A stretch of 64,000 nt of DNA from the NCBI GenBank assembly GCA_035510735.1, contig DATKGN010000002.1, forward strand, positions 3,275 to 67,274, read 5' to 3'. Positions 17,292 to 26,320 of this stretch are shown one piece after another. Each line of letters opens with the position of its first letter. Position 1 is the stretch's first letter. Under the pieces are notes generated by a model, which did not search any database, was not told where the DNA came from, and saw only the letters and a list, made by a program, of their open reading frames with translations. This DNA is from Patescibacteria group bacterium. GTDB taxonomy: Bacteria > Patescibacteriota > Microgenomatia > UBA10105 > UBA927. Made by a program: the position numbers and the translations under genes.

Positions 17292-18502
17292 AACGACATA
17301 TCGTCATCGGAATCACGGGCGGTATTGCGGCATTTAAGGTCATCGACCTCGTAGGTCATCTCGTTAAGAAGAATTTTGATGTAGACGTCATCATGACCAA
17401 GTCTGCGACGTTCATCGCAGACCCCCATGAGTTTGAGAAAATAACGGGACACAACGTGTTCGTTGATCTTTTCAATGCATCGTTCTTGCGAGAAACAATT
17501 CTCACGAACCGATCCGTCGACCATGTCCAGTTGGGACAAAAAGCGGATTTGTTCGTCATCGTACCGGGGACGGCGAACGTTATTGCAAAATTGGCACATG
17601 GCATCGCTGATGATTTTCTCACGACAGCGGCCCTCGCAGCGACGTGTCCCATCCTTGTATGCCCATCCATGAACGTATTTATGTGGAACAATCCGGCAAC
17701 ACAAAACAATGTAAGCCGGCTTCATGAATTAGGCATTCACACGTTCGGCCCCGATGAGGGGATGCTCGCATGCGGCTATGAAGGGAAAGGCAGACTTCCA
17801 GAAATCACATCCATCGAAATAGAAATAGACCGGTGGCTCACACGCCGCGATTTACTCAAAGGAAAAACAGTACTTGTGACTGCGGGCGGCACCGTGGAAC
17901 CAATTGATGACGTGCGCGTTATCACGAATAAAAGCTCAGGTAAAATGGGCGTCGCAATCGCCGAAAGCGCTATGCGGTGCGGGGCCAGCGTTATTCTTCT
18001 TCGCTCAGAAACAGCAGTTTCCTCACGCCTGGGACTTAACGAATATTTGTTTGATACAGCGGCAAGTTTAAAACAACTGCTTACACAGCATCTGCCGAAA
18101 ACAGATATCTGCGTTCACGCTGCTGCGGTTTCTGACTTTACCGTAAAACACACGATACAAGGCAAATCGTCTAGCGATAAACCGTTATCCCTTGAATTGG
18201 AACCGCAGATGAAAATACTGGACAACATAAAAACAATAAATCCGAAACTTTTTCTTGTCGCCTTCAAAGCAGAATATAATTTGCGGCCCAACGATCTTGT
18301 CACCATATCACAAGAACGCCTTAAACAGGCACATGCAGATATGATCGTGGCAAACGATATTGGAATTGAAGGCCAGGGGTTTGCCTCTGATTATAATGAA
18401 GTATATGTCATAGATAAGGGAGGCAGGGCCGTCCATATCGAACGATCGACCAAGTCTGACATCGCTGACCGCATTGTAGAACTCATCGCCTCTGAAATAT
18501 GA
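17288..18502 (+). CDS. coaBC: Bifunctional phosphopantothenoylcysteine decarboxylase / phosphopantothenate-cysteine ligase
   Basis: N-terminal flavoprotein domain (IVIGITGGIAAFK, PAMN-like) and C-terminal CoaB domain (LVTAGGTVEPIDDVRVITNKSSGKMG). Overlaps pheT by 4 nt. Confidence 0.9.
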   Translation: MKRHIVIGITGGIAAFKVIDLVGHLVKKNFDVDVIMTKSATFIADPHEFEKITGHNVFVDLFNASFLRETILTNRSVDHVQLGQKADLFVIVPGTANVIAKLAHGIADDFLTTAALAATCPILVCPSMNVFMWNNPATQNNVSRLHELGIHTFGPDEGMLACGYEGKGRLPEITSIEIEIDRWLTRRDLLKGKTVLVTAGGTVEPIDDVRVITNKSSGKMGVAIAESAMRCGASVILLRSETAVSSRLGLNEYLFDTAASLKQLLTQHLPKTDICVHAAAVSDFTVKHTIQGKSSSDKPLSLELEPQMKILDNIKTINPKLFLVAFKAEYNLRPNDLVTISQERLKQAHADMIVANDIGIEGQGFASDYNEVYVIDKGGRAVHIERSTKSDIADRIVELIASEI

Positions 18503-18539
18503 GACAAATGTATCAAAAATGGACATAACCGCTTCATTA

Positions 18540-21107
18540 CTATGTGGGAGTAGGGGTCGGGGTTGTATAGTCCTGGTTAATTGAAAAGTGTATATCATGA
18601 TCTGCGGATTGACCTTTGTCATCCGTCGCGTGAGCCCGTAATTCGTGGAGACCATTCCCCGGGATGTTTATGGTATCTGAGACGCTTTTATTCCCGTATT
18701 CCTTTACCTTATTTCCGTCGACATATAATTCTATTTTCGTAATATTTCCAAGGCTTGCAGAATCAATCTGAATCGGCACGTCATTGGTATTCACACGCGA
18801 TCCGTCCGACGGACTTTTAATCGATACGAAAATACTAGAGTCGCCGGTGTAGGTATCTTTCGGCGGATGAAACTTGGAGTCAGACTGACCATTCACCCAT
18901 GCATCAATGGCTTCCTGCCAGCGATTTTTACCATCACCCGATACCGGATCCTGTTCGGTAAATACAATATACTGTTTCGTATCATATTCCCCTTTGGTCA
19001 CTTCAACGGTATTTGCGAGTTTAGAGCTGTCCTTCCGGGAAATTTTCAGATTCTGATAGATGGGAGACGGACCGGTCGGTTCTGTGCCTTTAATGAACCG
19101 CTCTTTTCTCGTCGGCTGACCCGAAACTGGAAGTCCACCGCCATAGGCGTCTATATCCATTTCGACAATATCGCTCGGACGAACGAATGGCTCGTCTTTC
19201 CGTCCTTTGAGCGCCTCAACCATAATCCTGTTCCAGATGGGAGCAGCTCCTGTAATTCCTGAGGCAAGCGCCTGGTTCATTGGACTGTTATCGTTATTAC
19301 CGACCCATGTGCCCACAACGACGCTTGGCGTATAGCCCAACGTCCAATTGTCCCGTTTATCATCGGTCGTACCGGTTTTCGCGGCAACGGTATAGCCGGG
19401 AACATACAGTGATGAATGCGATCCGAATTCATCTTTCCGTGCGTCATTATCTGAGAGAACATCGGAAATCATATACGCAACGTCTGTCGGCAACACCTGT
19501 TGGGGCGGAATCGGATTATATTGGTAAAGCACATTCCCCTTGGCATCTTCAACTTTAAGAATCGAGACCGGCGGAACCCGCGCTCCGGCGTTAGCGAATA
19601 CCCCGTATGCGCTCGTGAGGTCAAGAAGAGTGACTTCACCGCCACCCAGGGTCATTGACAGGCCTAACCGGCTCAGGTTGTCCTGCGTCGGTTGGAGGGA
19701 ACTGATACCCATATCGTAAGCGGTCTGGAGCGCATCTTTAACGCCTACGAGCGCACTTACCTTAACCGCAATGGTATTAATGGAGTTACCCAGAGCATAT
19801 CGAAGCTGCATCGGACCCCGGAATTTACCGTCATAATTTTTCGGTTCATACTCAGGCTTCGTCGTATCACCGGAGGGATACTTTGTGTCAACATCCATAA
19901 GAAGAGTCGAAGCGGTATAGCCTTTTTTAAACGCCGTTGCGTACGTGAAGGGCTTTATGGAACTTCCGGGTTGCCGAAGTCCTTGTGTGGCCACATTAAA
20001 TTTATAGCCGCCGCTGTCGGTGGCCGAGTAATCCTTAGAGCCGATCATAGCCAAAATTTCACCTGTTTTTGGGTTTATGACGACAGCCGCGCCGTTACTG
20101 ACTTTTAATACTTTTGCTTTTGCCACTTCCTCCTTCACGATCTCTTGCGCTTTCTGCTGGAGCTGCCAGTCAAGGCTGGTCGTCACCTTAAGTCCACCGC
20201 CCTCAACCATCGTTGACCCGAATTTTTCAACCAGCTGATCTTTCACATATGCAACAAAGTGGGGAGCCCGCAGCCCGCCGGTGTCTTCTACAAACTGAAT
20301 CGTATTGAGTTGATTATTCGCCTGGGTTTCCTGACCCGATGTGATATATCCGTCCTCCGTCATCCTGCGCAATACCTGCTGCGTCCGCCAGACATATGCT
20401 TTCGGCTGGCCGGTGAACGGTGAATACACGGAGGGTGATTGGGGTAAACCCGCAAGTATTGCACATTCGATAAGGTTAAGACTTTTTACCGGTTTCCCGA
20501 AGTAATACTCCGCCGCCGACTCAACACCGACTGCCGTTCCACCATATGGTGCTTCATTGAGATACATCTGAAGAATCTCGTCTTTTGTATATTTCTTCTC
20601 AATTTGAATGGCAAGAATGGCTTCCTTAATTTTTCTCGGAAGCGTGCGCTCGTTCGTCAGTAACACGTTTTTCACAAGTTGTTGGGTAAGCGTCGAGCCG
20701 CCCTCAACACCACGGAAGGTGATAATATTGAGAATTGACCGTAAAATGCCTGTTGTCGATAAACCCTGATGCTGGTAAAAATTTTTATCCTCAATAGAGA
20801 TGGTTGCCTGTTTCAGATAATCTGGAATGTCGGCAAACGCAACCGGAAGCCTGTTTTGATTTTGATAGATGTCGTAGAGCGTCTCACCGTTTCGGTCTAA
20901 GATAACGGTCGATAATCCATTTGTGCGTTGCACCGTGTCAGGACGGGGCAAATCCCGTGCATACCATGCAAATAGAATGCCGGTTCCAAGAATCAAAACG
21001 ATAAGCCCGATGAACCCCGCCATGGCGATCGTCGCCCAGGTACTCGTCTTCAAACGCCGCGCACCGAATCTTCTTCTGAACTGCCGGTCATTGAAAATAT
21101 CGAGCAT
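18540..21107 (-). CDS. Class A penicillin-binding protein (PBP1A-type transglycosylase/transpeptidase) with C-terminal Ig-like extension
   Basis: N-terminal TM anchor, GT51 motifs (EDKNFYQHQG, RKIKEAILAIQIE), and transpeptidase motifs SxxK (SSIKP), SxN and KTGT (AAKTGTTDD). The C-terminal ~150 aa form an extra beta-rich domain ending in TPTPTPT. Start set at MLDIFNDRQF (21107); the ORF-track start 21185 is an unsupported extension. Confidence 0.9.
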   Translation of the reverse strand: MLDIFNDRQFRRRFGARRLKTSTWATIAMAGFIGLIVLILGTGILFAWYARDLPRPDTVQRTNGLSTVILDRNGETLYDIYQNQNRLPVAFADIPDYLKQATISIEDKNFYQHQGLSTTGILRSILNIITFRGVEGGSTLTQQLVKNVLLTNERTLPRKIKEAILAIQIEKKYTKDEILQMYLNEAPYGGTAVGVESAAEYYFGKPVKSLNLIECAILAGLPQSPSVYSPFTGQPKAYVWRTQQVLRRMTEDGYITSGQETQANNQLNTIQFVEDTGGLRAPHFVAYVKDQLVEKFGSTMVEGGGLKVTTSLDWQLQQKAQEIVKEEVAKAKVLKVSNGAAVVINPKTGEILAMIGSKDYSATDSGGYKFNVATQGLRQPGSSIKPFTYATAFKKGYTASTLLMDVDTKYPSGDTTKPEYEPKNYDGKFRGPMQLRYALGNSINTIAVKVSALVGVKDALQTAYDMGISSLQPTQDNLSRLGLSMTLGGGEVTLLDLTSAYGVFANAGARVPPVSILKVEDAKGNVLYQYNPIPPQQVLPTDVAYMISDVLSDNDARKDEFGSHSSLYVPGYTVAAKTGTTDDKRDNWTLGYTPSVVVGTWVGNNDNSPMNQALASGITGAAPIWNRIMVEALKGRKDEPFVRPSDIVEMDIDAYGGGLPVSGQPTRKERFIKGTEPTGPSPIYQNLKISRKDSSKLANTVEVTKGEYDTKQYIVFTEQDPVSGDGKNRWQEAIDAWVNGQSDSKFHPPKDTYTGDSSIFVSIKSPSDGSRVNTNDVPIQIDSASLGNITKIELYVDGNKVKEYGNKSVSDTINIPGNGLHELRAHATDDKGQSADHDIHFSINQDYTTPTPTPT

Positions 21108-21113
21108 AGAACT

Positions 21114-21142
21114 ATTGTACGTTGAATTGCACGAATTGACAA
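21114..21142 (-). promoter_or_regulatory. Candidate PBP1A promoter TTGTCA-17-TACAAT (minus strand), leaderless start
   Basis: On the minus strand TTGTCA (complement of 21137-21142), a 17-bp spacer, then TACAAT (complement of 21114-21119). The ATG follows 6 nt later. Interleaved with the divergent aro promoter. Confidence 0.4.
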
Positions 21143-21155
21143 CGAAGTGTATAAT
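21127..21155 (+). promoter_or_regulatory. Candidate aromatic-operon promoter TTGCAC-17-TATAAT
   Basis: TTGCAC 21127-32 and TATAAT 21150-55. The transcript would begin a few nt before the leader-peptide ATG at 21169. Confidence 0.5.
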
Positions 21156-21168
21156 ACGAATTCGTAGT

Positions 21169-21249
21169 ATGAAAACACAAAGCAACCAACAGTATTACTT
21201 TTATTTTACTCCATCCCTTGGAGGGGCTGCTCTTGTGGCACATACCTAA
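21169..21249 (+). CDS. Aromatic-pathway leader peptide MKTQSNQQYYFYFTPSLGGAALVAHT (26 aa; run of Tyr-Tyr-Phe-Tyr-Phe codons)
   Basis: ATG at 21169. Five consecutive aromatic codons TAT TAC TTT TAT TTT at 21193-21207. The peptide stops 24 nt before an intrinsic terminator that precedes the DAHP synthase gene. Confidence 0.6.
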   Translation: MKTQSNQQYYFYFTPSLGGAALVAHT

Positions 21250-21273
21250 ATAAAAGTATCGATCCACACTGAA

Positions 21274-21296
21274 CCCCGCCAAGGCGGGGTTTTTTT
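21274..21296 (+). terminator. Intrinsic terminator of the aromatic-operon attenuator
   Basis: CCCCGCC-aa-GGCGGGG then T7. No upstream co-directional gene, so it is not an operon-end terminator. The leader segment CCCTTGGAGGGG (21213-27) can pair with either terminator arm (antiterminator). Confidence 0.7.
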
Positions 21297-21381
21297 GTGG
21301 CTTAGTGGTTATTTAGCGAGTCGAGTCATCGAGACAAGCTTAATAACCACAATCCAGCAAAGCTGGATACATTAAAGATAT

Positions 21382-22146
21382 ATGAACATAAAAACAAAAT
21401 GCAAAAAACCAATAATTATCGCCGGTCCCTGTGCCGCCGAATCGAAAGCGCAAATCGCGTTGTCCCTGCGCGAGGCCAAAAAACGGGCTATCGACTTCGT
21501 GCGCATCAGCCTCTGGAAACCAAGGACCAAACCCGGATTTGAGGGCCTGGGATTTCGAGGAATTGACCTTCTCATTGAGGCCGCACGACTCGGCCTTTCC
21601 CCTGCCACTGAAGTCATTCTGCCTGAGCAGGCCCGCGCCGTCATGGATGCGGTATTAGGTGAAGTGCCGGAGACACGGCTCATGCTCTGGATTGGCGCGC
21701 GCAATCAAAATCACTACATCCAAAGGGAAATTGCGCGTGTTGCAGCGTCCGATAAGCGGGTCCTGCTGATGGTTAAAAACCAACCGTGGAGCAATGAGGA
21801 TCACTGGGAAGGCATTGTCGGACATGTATTAAGCGGTGGAATCGATAAGGCCCGCGTAATTCTCTGTCACCGTGGTTTTATACCCAACGGCGTTAATCCA
21901 TTCGGATACAAAAACGTGCCTGATTATGAGATGGCGATGAGAATAAAACATACATCAGGGTTACCAATGATATTTGACCCATCGCACACAGGCGGAACTG
22001 TTGATAAAGTTTTGCAAATTATGGACGAGGCCATGAAGCATGAGTTTGACGGGATTATCGTTGAGGTGCATCCCGATCCGACTCATGCGCTCACGGATGC
22101 GAAGCAACAATTGACATGGAAGGAATTTGATCAATTACGCGTATGA
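21382..22146 (+). CDS. aroG: 3-deoxy-7-phosphoheptulonate (DAHP) synthase, type I-beta (KDO8PS-like fold)
   Basis: IIAGPCAAES and the (beta/alpha)8 DAHPS/KDO8PS family signature, with no regulatory extension. First gene of the shikimate operon. Confidence 0.8.
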   Translation: MNIKTKCKKPIIIAGPCAAESKAQIALSLREAKKRAIDFVRISLWKPRTKPGFEGLGFRGIDLLIEAARLGLSPATEVILPEQARAVMDAVLGEVPETRLMLWIGARNQNHYIQREIARVAASDKRVLLMVKNQPWSNEDHWEGIVGHVLSGGIDKARVILCHRGFIPNGVNPFGYKNVPDYEMAMRIKHTSGLPMIFDPSHTGGTVDKVLQIMDEAMKHEFDGIIVEVHPDPTHALTDAKQQLTWKEFDQLRV

Positions 22147-23237
22147 ATACAATTATTTTGAACCAATCACAAAAAGAAAAAACTCAGGCGTGCCCGATTA
22201 TCATCGGGAATAATCTTGTGGGGAAAATTAATACGCTTTTTGACCTGTCCGTGTTTTCCCGGATAGTGGTTGTTACGGATACCAATACCGAGCGGCTCTT
22301 CCTTAAAACGCTTCTTTGTGCACTGCCAAAAAGTGCAGCGCGTGTCGTGTTACCCACGGGCGAGAAAGAAAAGAATTTCAAAAACGTTCAAAAAATATTG
22401 ATTGCGATGCACAAGGCATATTGTGATAGGGATACTCTCGTTATCAATCTTGGCGGCGGGGTCGTGAGCGATATCGGAGGATTTGCCGCAAGCATATTTA
22501 TGCGGGGCGTAAGTATACTCAACATTCCGACAACATTGCTTGCCCAGGCGGACGCAAGTATCGGAGGCAAAACCGGCATCAACTTTTTGGGAATTAAGAA
22601 TCTTGTTGGGACGTTTGCCCAACCGATAGGCGTCGTTATTGATGTGACAACGTTGCGGTCGCTTCCGGGGCGTGAATTGATCTCAGGGTTTGCCGAAATA
22701 ATTAAACACGGGCTCGTTGCTAATCGCACATTATTTCATTTAGCAACGTGCAAAACACCGCGGGATTTTACGAATAATAAACTCATCGCTATTATCACCA
22801 AATCATGCCGGGTAAAGGCCGACATCGTGAGTTGCGATCATACGGAACAACACGAGCGGAAACTCCTTAATTTCGGCCATACGATCGGACATGCCGTAGA
22901 AGCATTAAGCCAAACGTCCGTAAATCCCATTCTCCACGGAGAAGCGGTTGTCATCGGTATGATGGTCGAGGCAAAAATTTCAGAGCTCTCCGGTCTCCTG
23001 TCGCAAACCTCATGTTCTGTTATCGAAGAAGCTCTTACTTCACTTCCATTACCCAAATTACCGGAAGTAATACCGATTCAGAACATCATGGATGTGATCC
23101 GGTCGGATAAAAAAAGTAAAAACGGAATTATTCAGTGGACGCTCTTAACGGAAATCGGCAAAGGAATAATTAATCAGGTTGTCTGCGATAACACAGTTAT
23201 TGCAGCACTCAAACAAACGAAAGGAATAATCGTATGA
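22143..23237 (+). CDS. aroB: 3-dehydroquinate synthase
   Basis: NAD-binding GGGVVSDIGGFAAS motif and metal-binding NFGHTIGHAVE motif. Confidence 0.9.
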   Translation: MNTIILNQSQKEKTQACPIIIGNNLVGKINTLFDLSVFSRIVVVTDTNTERLFLKTLLCALPKSAARVVLPTGEKEKNFKNVQKILIAMHKAYCDRDTLVINLGGGVVSDIGGFAASIFMRGVSILNIPTTLLAQADASIGGKTGINFLGIKNLVGTFAQPIGVVIDVTTLRSLPGRELISGFAEIIKHGLVANRTLFHLATCKTPRDFTNNKLIAIITKSCRVKADIVSCDHTEQHERKLLNFGHTIGHAVEALSQTSVNPILHGEAVVIGMMVEAKISELSGLLSQTSCSVIEEALTSLPLPKLPEVIPIQNIMDVIRSDKKSKNGIIQWTLLTEIGKGIINQVVCDNTVIAALKQTKGIIV

Positions 23238-23668
23238 AAATATTAGTCGTCAATGGACCGAATTTGAATTTATTGGGTAAGCGCGATCACTCAAAGTACG
23301 GAACGATAACGCTTGGCCAACTCAATAACCAACTCAATCGTATAGCCAAAGAAACCGGCGTCAGTCTGACGTTTTTCCAATCGAATCACGAGGGAGCCAT
23401 TATTGATTTTCTCCAAAAAGATGCATCACGGGATGCGGACGGCGTCCTTATCAATCCGGGTGCTCTTGTGCGATACGGTTGGTCTTTGCGTCAAGCGCTC
23501 ATTGATCTTGGAAAACCGATTGTTGAAGTGCATATGTCTGACATTAATAGCACCGGCGTCAATAAAGCGGTTAACGTATTAGAAGGTATTCGCATAGATC
23601 AAATTGTCGGGTTAAAAGAGCAAAGTTACGAGTTGGGTCTTAAAAAATTATTACAAATAATTCTATGA
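23234..23668 (+). CDS. aroQ: 3-dehydroquinate dehydratase, type II
   Basis: MKILVVNGPNLNLLGKRD...INPGAL...HMSDI is the type II DHQase pattern. Confidence 0.9.
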   Translation: MKILVVNGPNLNLLGKRDHSKYGTITLGQLNNQLNRIAKETGVSLTFFQSNHEGAIIDFLQKDASRDADGVLINPGALVRYGWSLRQALIDLGKPIVEVHMSDINSTGVNKAVNVLEGIRIDQIVGLKEQSYELGLKKLLQIIL

Positions 23669-24972
23669 ACTTACACGTCCTACCGGCACAATCAATAAAA
23701 GGGGAAGTGGCAATGCCAAGAAGTAAAACCCACTCATTCAGGGCGCTCGTTCTTGCGGCCCTTGCAGATGGCACATCGACTATCCGAAAGCCCAAAATAA
23801 GTAATGATTGGAATATCGCAGTGGGTGGACTTCAACAGTTCGGCGCAACGATTAAAGAAACAGAGCCGAATGTCTTTCGTGTCACCGGCGTCGGGGGCAA
23901 TCTGCAAACCCCCAAGGAAGTTATTCATGTCGGAAACTCGGGGACGATGCTCTTCTTCCTCGCGGGTGTTGCAGCCGCTTGTCCGGGTATTTCTATCATC
24001 ACGGGGGATGAATCGATTAGATTACTGAGGATAATATCACGAAATCTATTTCAACCGTTTGAAGAACTCGGCGTGAGCATTACCTCGTCAAAGAATGACG
24101 GTATGGCCCCGCTCATCATCAAGGGGAACGTGAACGGTGGAGTCGCGCATATGGACGGCACCGGTTGCCAGCCCGTATTCAGCATTCTTATCGCGTCGGC
24201 CCTTTCATCAAAACCTGTTGAACTATTCGTTACAAGCCCGGGTGAAACGGCGTATATTGATTTACTTCTATTCTGGTTCAAAAAGGCAGGGATTGAGTGT
24301 CAAAACGTCGGGGGGACCCACTCGCATTATGTTTTTCCGGGAAACCAGCTGGCCAAAGCGTTCGATGAAACAATACCGCTCGAATGGTCAGCCTCCGCGT
24401 ATCCGCTTCTTGCGGCTCTTATTCTGCCGAATTCAAAAATGACGGTAAAGAATATGGACTTTGCCGATCCGTATGGAGATAAATTTGTTATCGATGTTCT
24501 GCGGCAAATGGGCGGAGACATTAGAGTGCATGATGGTAACCTGACTGCACAATCAAGCAGGCTTCATGGCATTGAAGTCGACATGAATCTGCTCCCTGAT
24601 CAAGTGCCCACGGTTGCGGTTGCCGCGTGTTTTGCGAAAGGAGCAACTGTTATCACAAATGCGCTAACAGCCCGATGGAAAGAGTGCGACCGTATTTCGG
24701 CTATTTGCAAGGAACTTAAAAAAATGGGAGCCGATATTCGCGAAAAGAGCGACGGACTCGTCATCCATGGCATCGAGGGAAAGAACATGCACGGCGCATC
24801 CATTGACGGTCATAAGGATCATCGTATGGTTTTGTCGTTAGCTGTCGCGGGAATGCAAGCCACTGGGGAAACAGTAATCACAGATGCCGAGATGGTCGAA
24901 AAATCATTTGAGACATTTATCCCGGACATGACACATGCAGGTGCTCTATTTGCACTGAAGGAGAGAACATGA
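23665..24972 (+). CDS. aroA: 3-phosphoshikimate 1-carboxyvinyltransferase (EPSP synthase)
   Basis: 435 aa with MPRSKTHSFRALVLAALADG...GNSGTMLFFLAG... and the EPSPS two-domain architecture. Confidence 0.9.
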   Translation: MNLHVLPAQSIKGEVAMPRSKTHSFRALVLAALADGTSTIRKPKISNDWNIAVGGLQQFGATIKETEPNVFRVTGVGGNLQTPKEVIHVGNSGTMLFFLAGVAAACPGISIITGDESIRLLRIISRNLFQPFEELGVSITSSKNDGMAPLIIKGNVNGGVAHMDGTGCQPVFSILIASALSSKPVELFVTSPGETAYIDLLLFWFKKAGIECQNVGGTHSHYVFPGNQLAKAFDETIPLEWSASAYPLLAALILPNSKMTVKNMDFADPYGDKFVIDVLRQMGGDIRVHDGNLTAQSSRLHGIEVDMNLLPDQVPTVAVAACFAKGATVITNALTARWKECDRISAICKELKKMGADIREKSDGLVIHGIEGKNMHGASIDGHKDHRMVLSLAVAGMQATGETVITDAEMVEKSFETFIPDMTHAGALFALKERT

Positions 24973-25496
24973 AAAATATAATTCTTATCGGCATGAAAGG
25001 ATGCGGCAAATCGACCGTAGGCCGAGTGTTATCAAAAAAACTCGGTATGCGTTTTGTGGAACTTGATGATGAAATATCAATGCTTTATGAAAAGAAAACG
25101 GGAAAACGACTGTCGTGCCGGAAAATATTTAGAAACATCGGCGAAGAAGACTTTCGTCAACTCGAAACGGACGCGCTAAATAATGTGAAACGTATACAAA
25201 ATATGGCTCTATCCTGCGGCGGCGGCACGCCGTTATCGGAAACAAATCAGGGAATGCTCCGATCTATGGGCACGGTCGTATTTCTTGATACCGACGAAGA
25301 CATTCTATTAAAACGAATAAAAACAGGCGGTATCCCTTCGTTTTTTAAAAAAAATGAAGACCATAAAACATCGCTCCATCAAGTGTTGGAAACGCGTTTT
25401 CCGGTGTACGAAAAAATTGCGGGCGTTCGTCTCGCACTTCGTGATGAATCACCCGAAGAAATAGCAACGCATATTTCTGAAAGGATTGGACTATGA
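24969..25496 (+). CDS. aroK: Shikimate kinase
   Basis: Walker A GMKGCGKSTVG, a small NMP-kinase fold and operon context. Confidence 0.85.
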   Translation: MKNIILIGMKGCGKSTVGRVLSKKLGMRFVELDDEISMLYEKKTGKRLSCRKIFRNIGEEDFRQLETDALNNVKRIQNMALSCGGGTPLSETNQGMLRSMGTVVFLDTDEDILLKRIKTGGIPSFFKKNEDHKTSLHQVLETRFPVYEKIAGVRLALRDESPEEIATHISERIGL

Positions 25497-26320
25497 ATAT
25501 AAACGGGGAAACAAAAATTATCGGTTTTTTGGGTGCAACGTTCAAAACAAGCAGAATATACGCGTTGTACAATGCCGCGTTTGCCGCATTACATCTCAAT
25601 TTTGTCTATATACCGCTTCCCTTTGGTGACGTTGAAAAGGCGGTAGAGGGAATACGAAACATGCGGATAGCTGCCGTAGGCGTAACCGTGCCGTTTAAAA
25701 TATCGATCCTGCCGTTTTTAGACGGTCTGGATAGACAAGCAAAACGAGTACGAGCCGTAAATGTCGTTATCAACGATAACGGAAAACTAATCGGCGGCAA
25801 CACCGACGGCGAAGGCGGCGTGCTTGCGCTCAAAGAAAAAACGGCTCTAGGTGGTAAAGGCGTTTTGTTGTTAGGTGCAGGCGGAGCAGCGCGGGCGATT
25901 GCTTTTTCGCTCATTGATAATGGCGCAGACGTGACGATTGTTAATAGAACAGTTGCTGCAGCCGGGGAGTTGGCCACCTCAGCAGGTTGCCGTTTCGATC
26001 AACTTACATCGTTATCAAGACATATAAAAAATGCAGACATTCTCATTAATGCAACAACTGTGGGTATGGGGCCGAATACGGATAAATCGTTAGTTCCTAA
26101 AGCATTACTCCGTCCTGATCTAACCGTATTGGATGTCGTAAGTAATCCCAAAGAAACACAGCTTGTTAGCGATGCACGAAGCGCGGGTTGCACGGTAGTC
26201 AGTGCCGACAGGATGCTTCTCTGGCAGGCGGCATTGAAGTTCAAACTATTTACAGGAGTTGAAGCGCCTATTTCTGTTATGGAAACGGCACTCAAGGAAA
26301 CGGAGGCTTATGGCAGGTAA
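25493..26320 (+). CDS. aroE: Shikimate 5-dehydrogenase
   Basis: NADP-binding LLLGAGGAARAIAF, N-terminal substrate domain and operon context. Confidence 0.85.
   Translation: MNINGETKIIGFLGATFKTSRIYALYNAAFAALHLNFVYIPLPFGDVEKAVEGIRNMRIAAVGVTVPFKISILPFLDGLDRQAKRVRAVNVVINDNGKLIGGNTDGEGGVLALKEKTALGGKGVLLLGAGGAARAIAFSLIDNGADVTIVNRTVAAAGELATSAGCRFDQLTSLSRHIKNADILINATTVGMGPNTDKSLVPKALLRPDLTVLDVVSNPKETQLVSDARSAGCTVVSADRMLLWQAALKFKLFTGVEAPISVMETALKETEAYGR

Noticed and set aside
17174-17725. 183-aa and 117-aa minus-strand ORFs spanning the pheT/coaBC junction
   Set aside because: They are antisense to two conserved, co-translated genes. Low-complexity Cys/Arg content and no supporting signals.
21274-21296. 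Terminator upstream of the aro operon interpreted as a simple operon-end terminator
   Set aside because: No co-directional gene ends upstream; the preceding gene is on the opposite strand. The hairpin is immediately preceded by a short ORF rich in aromatic codons, so an attenuator interpretation fits better.
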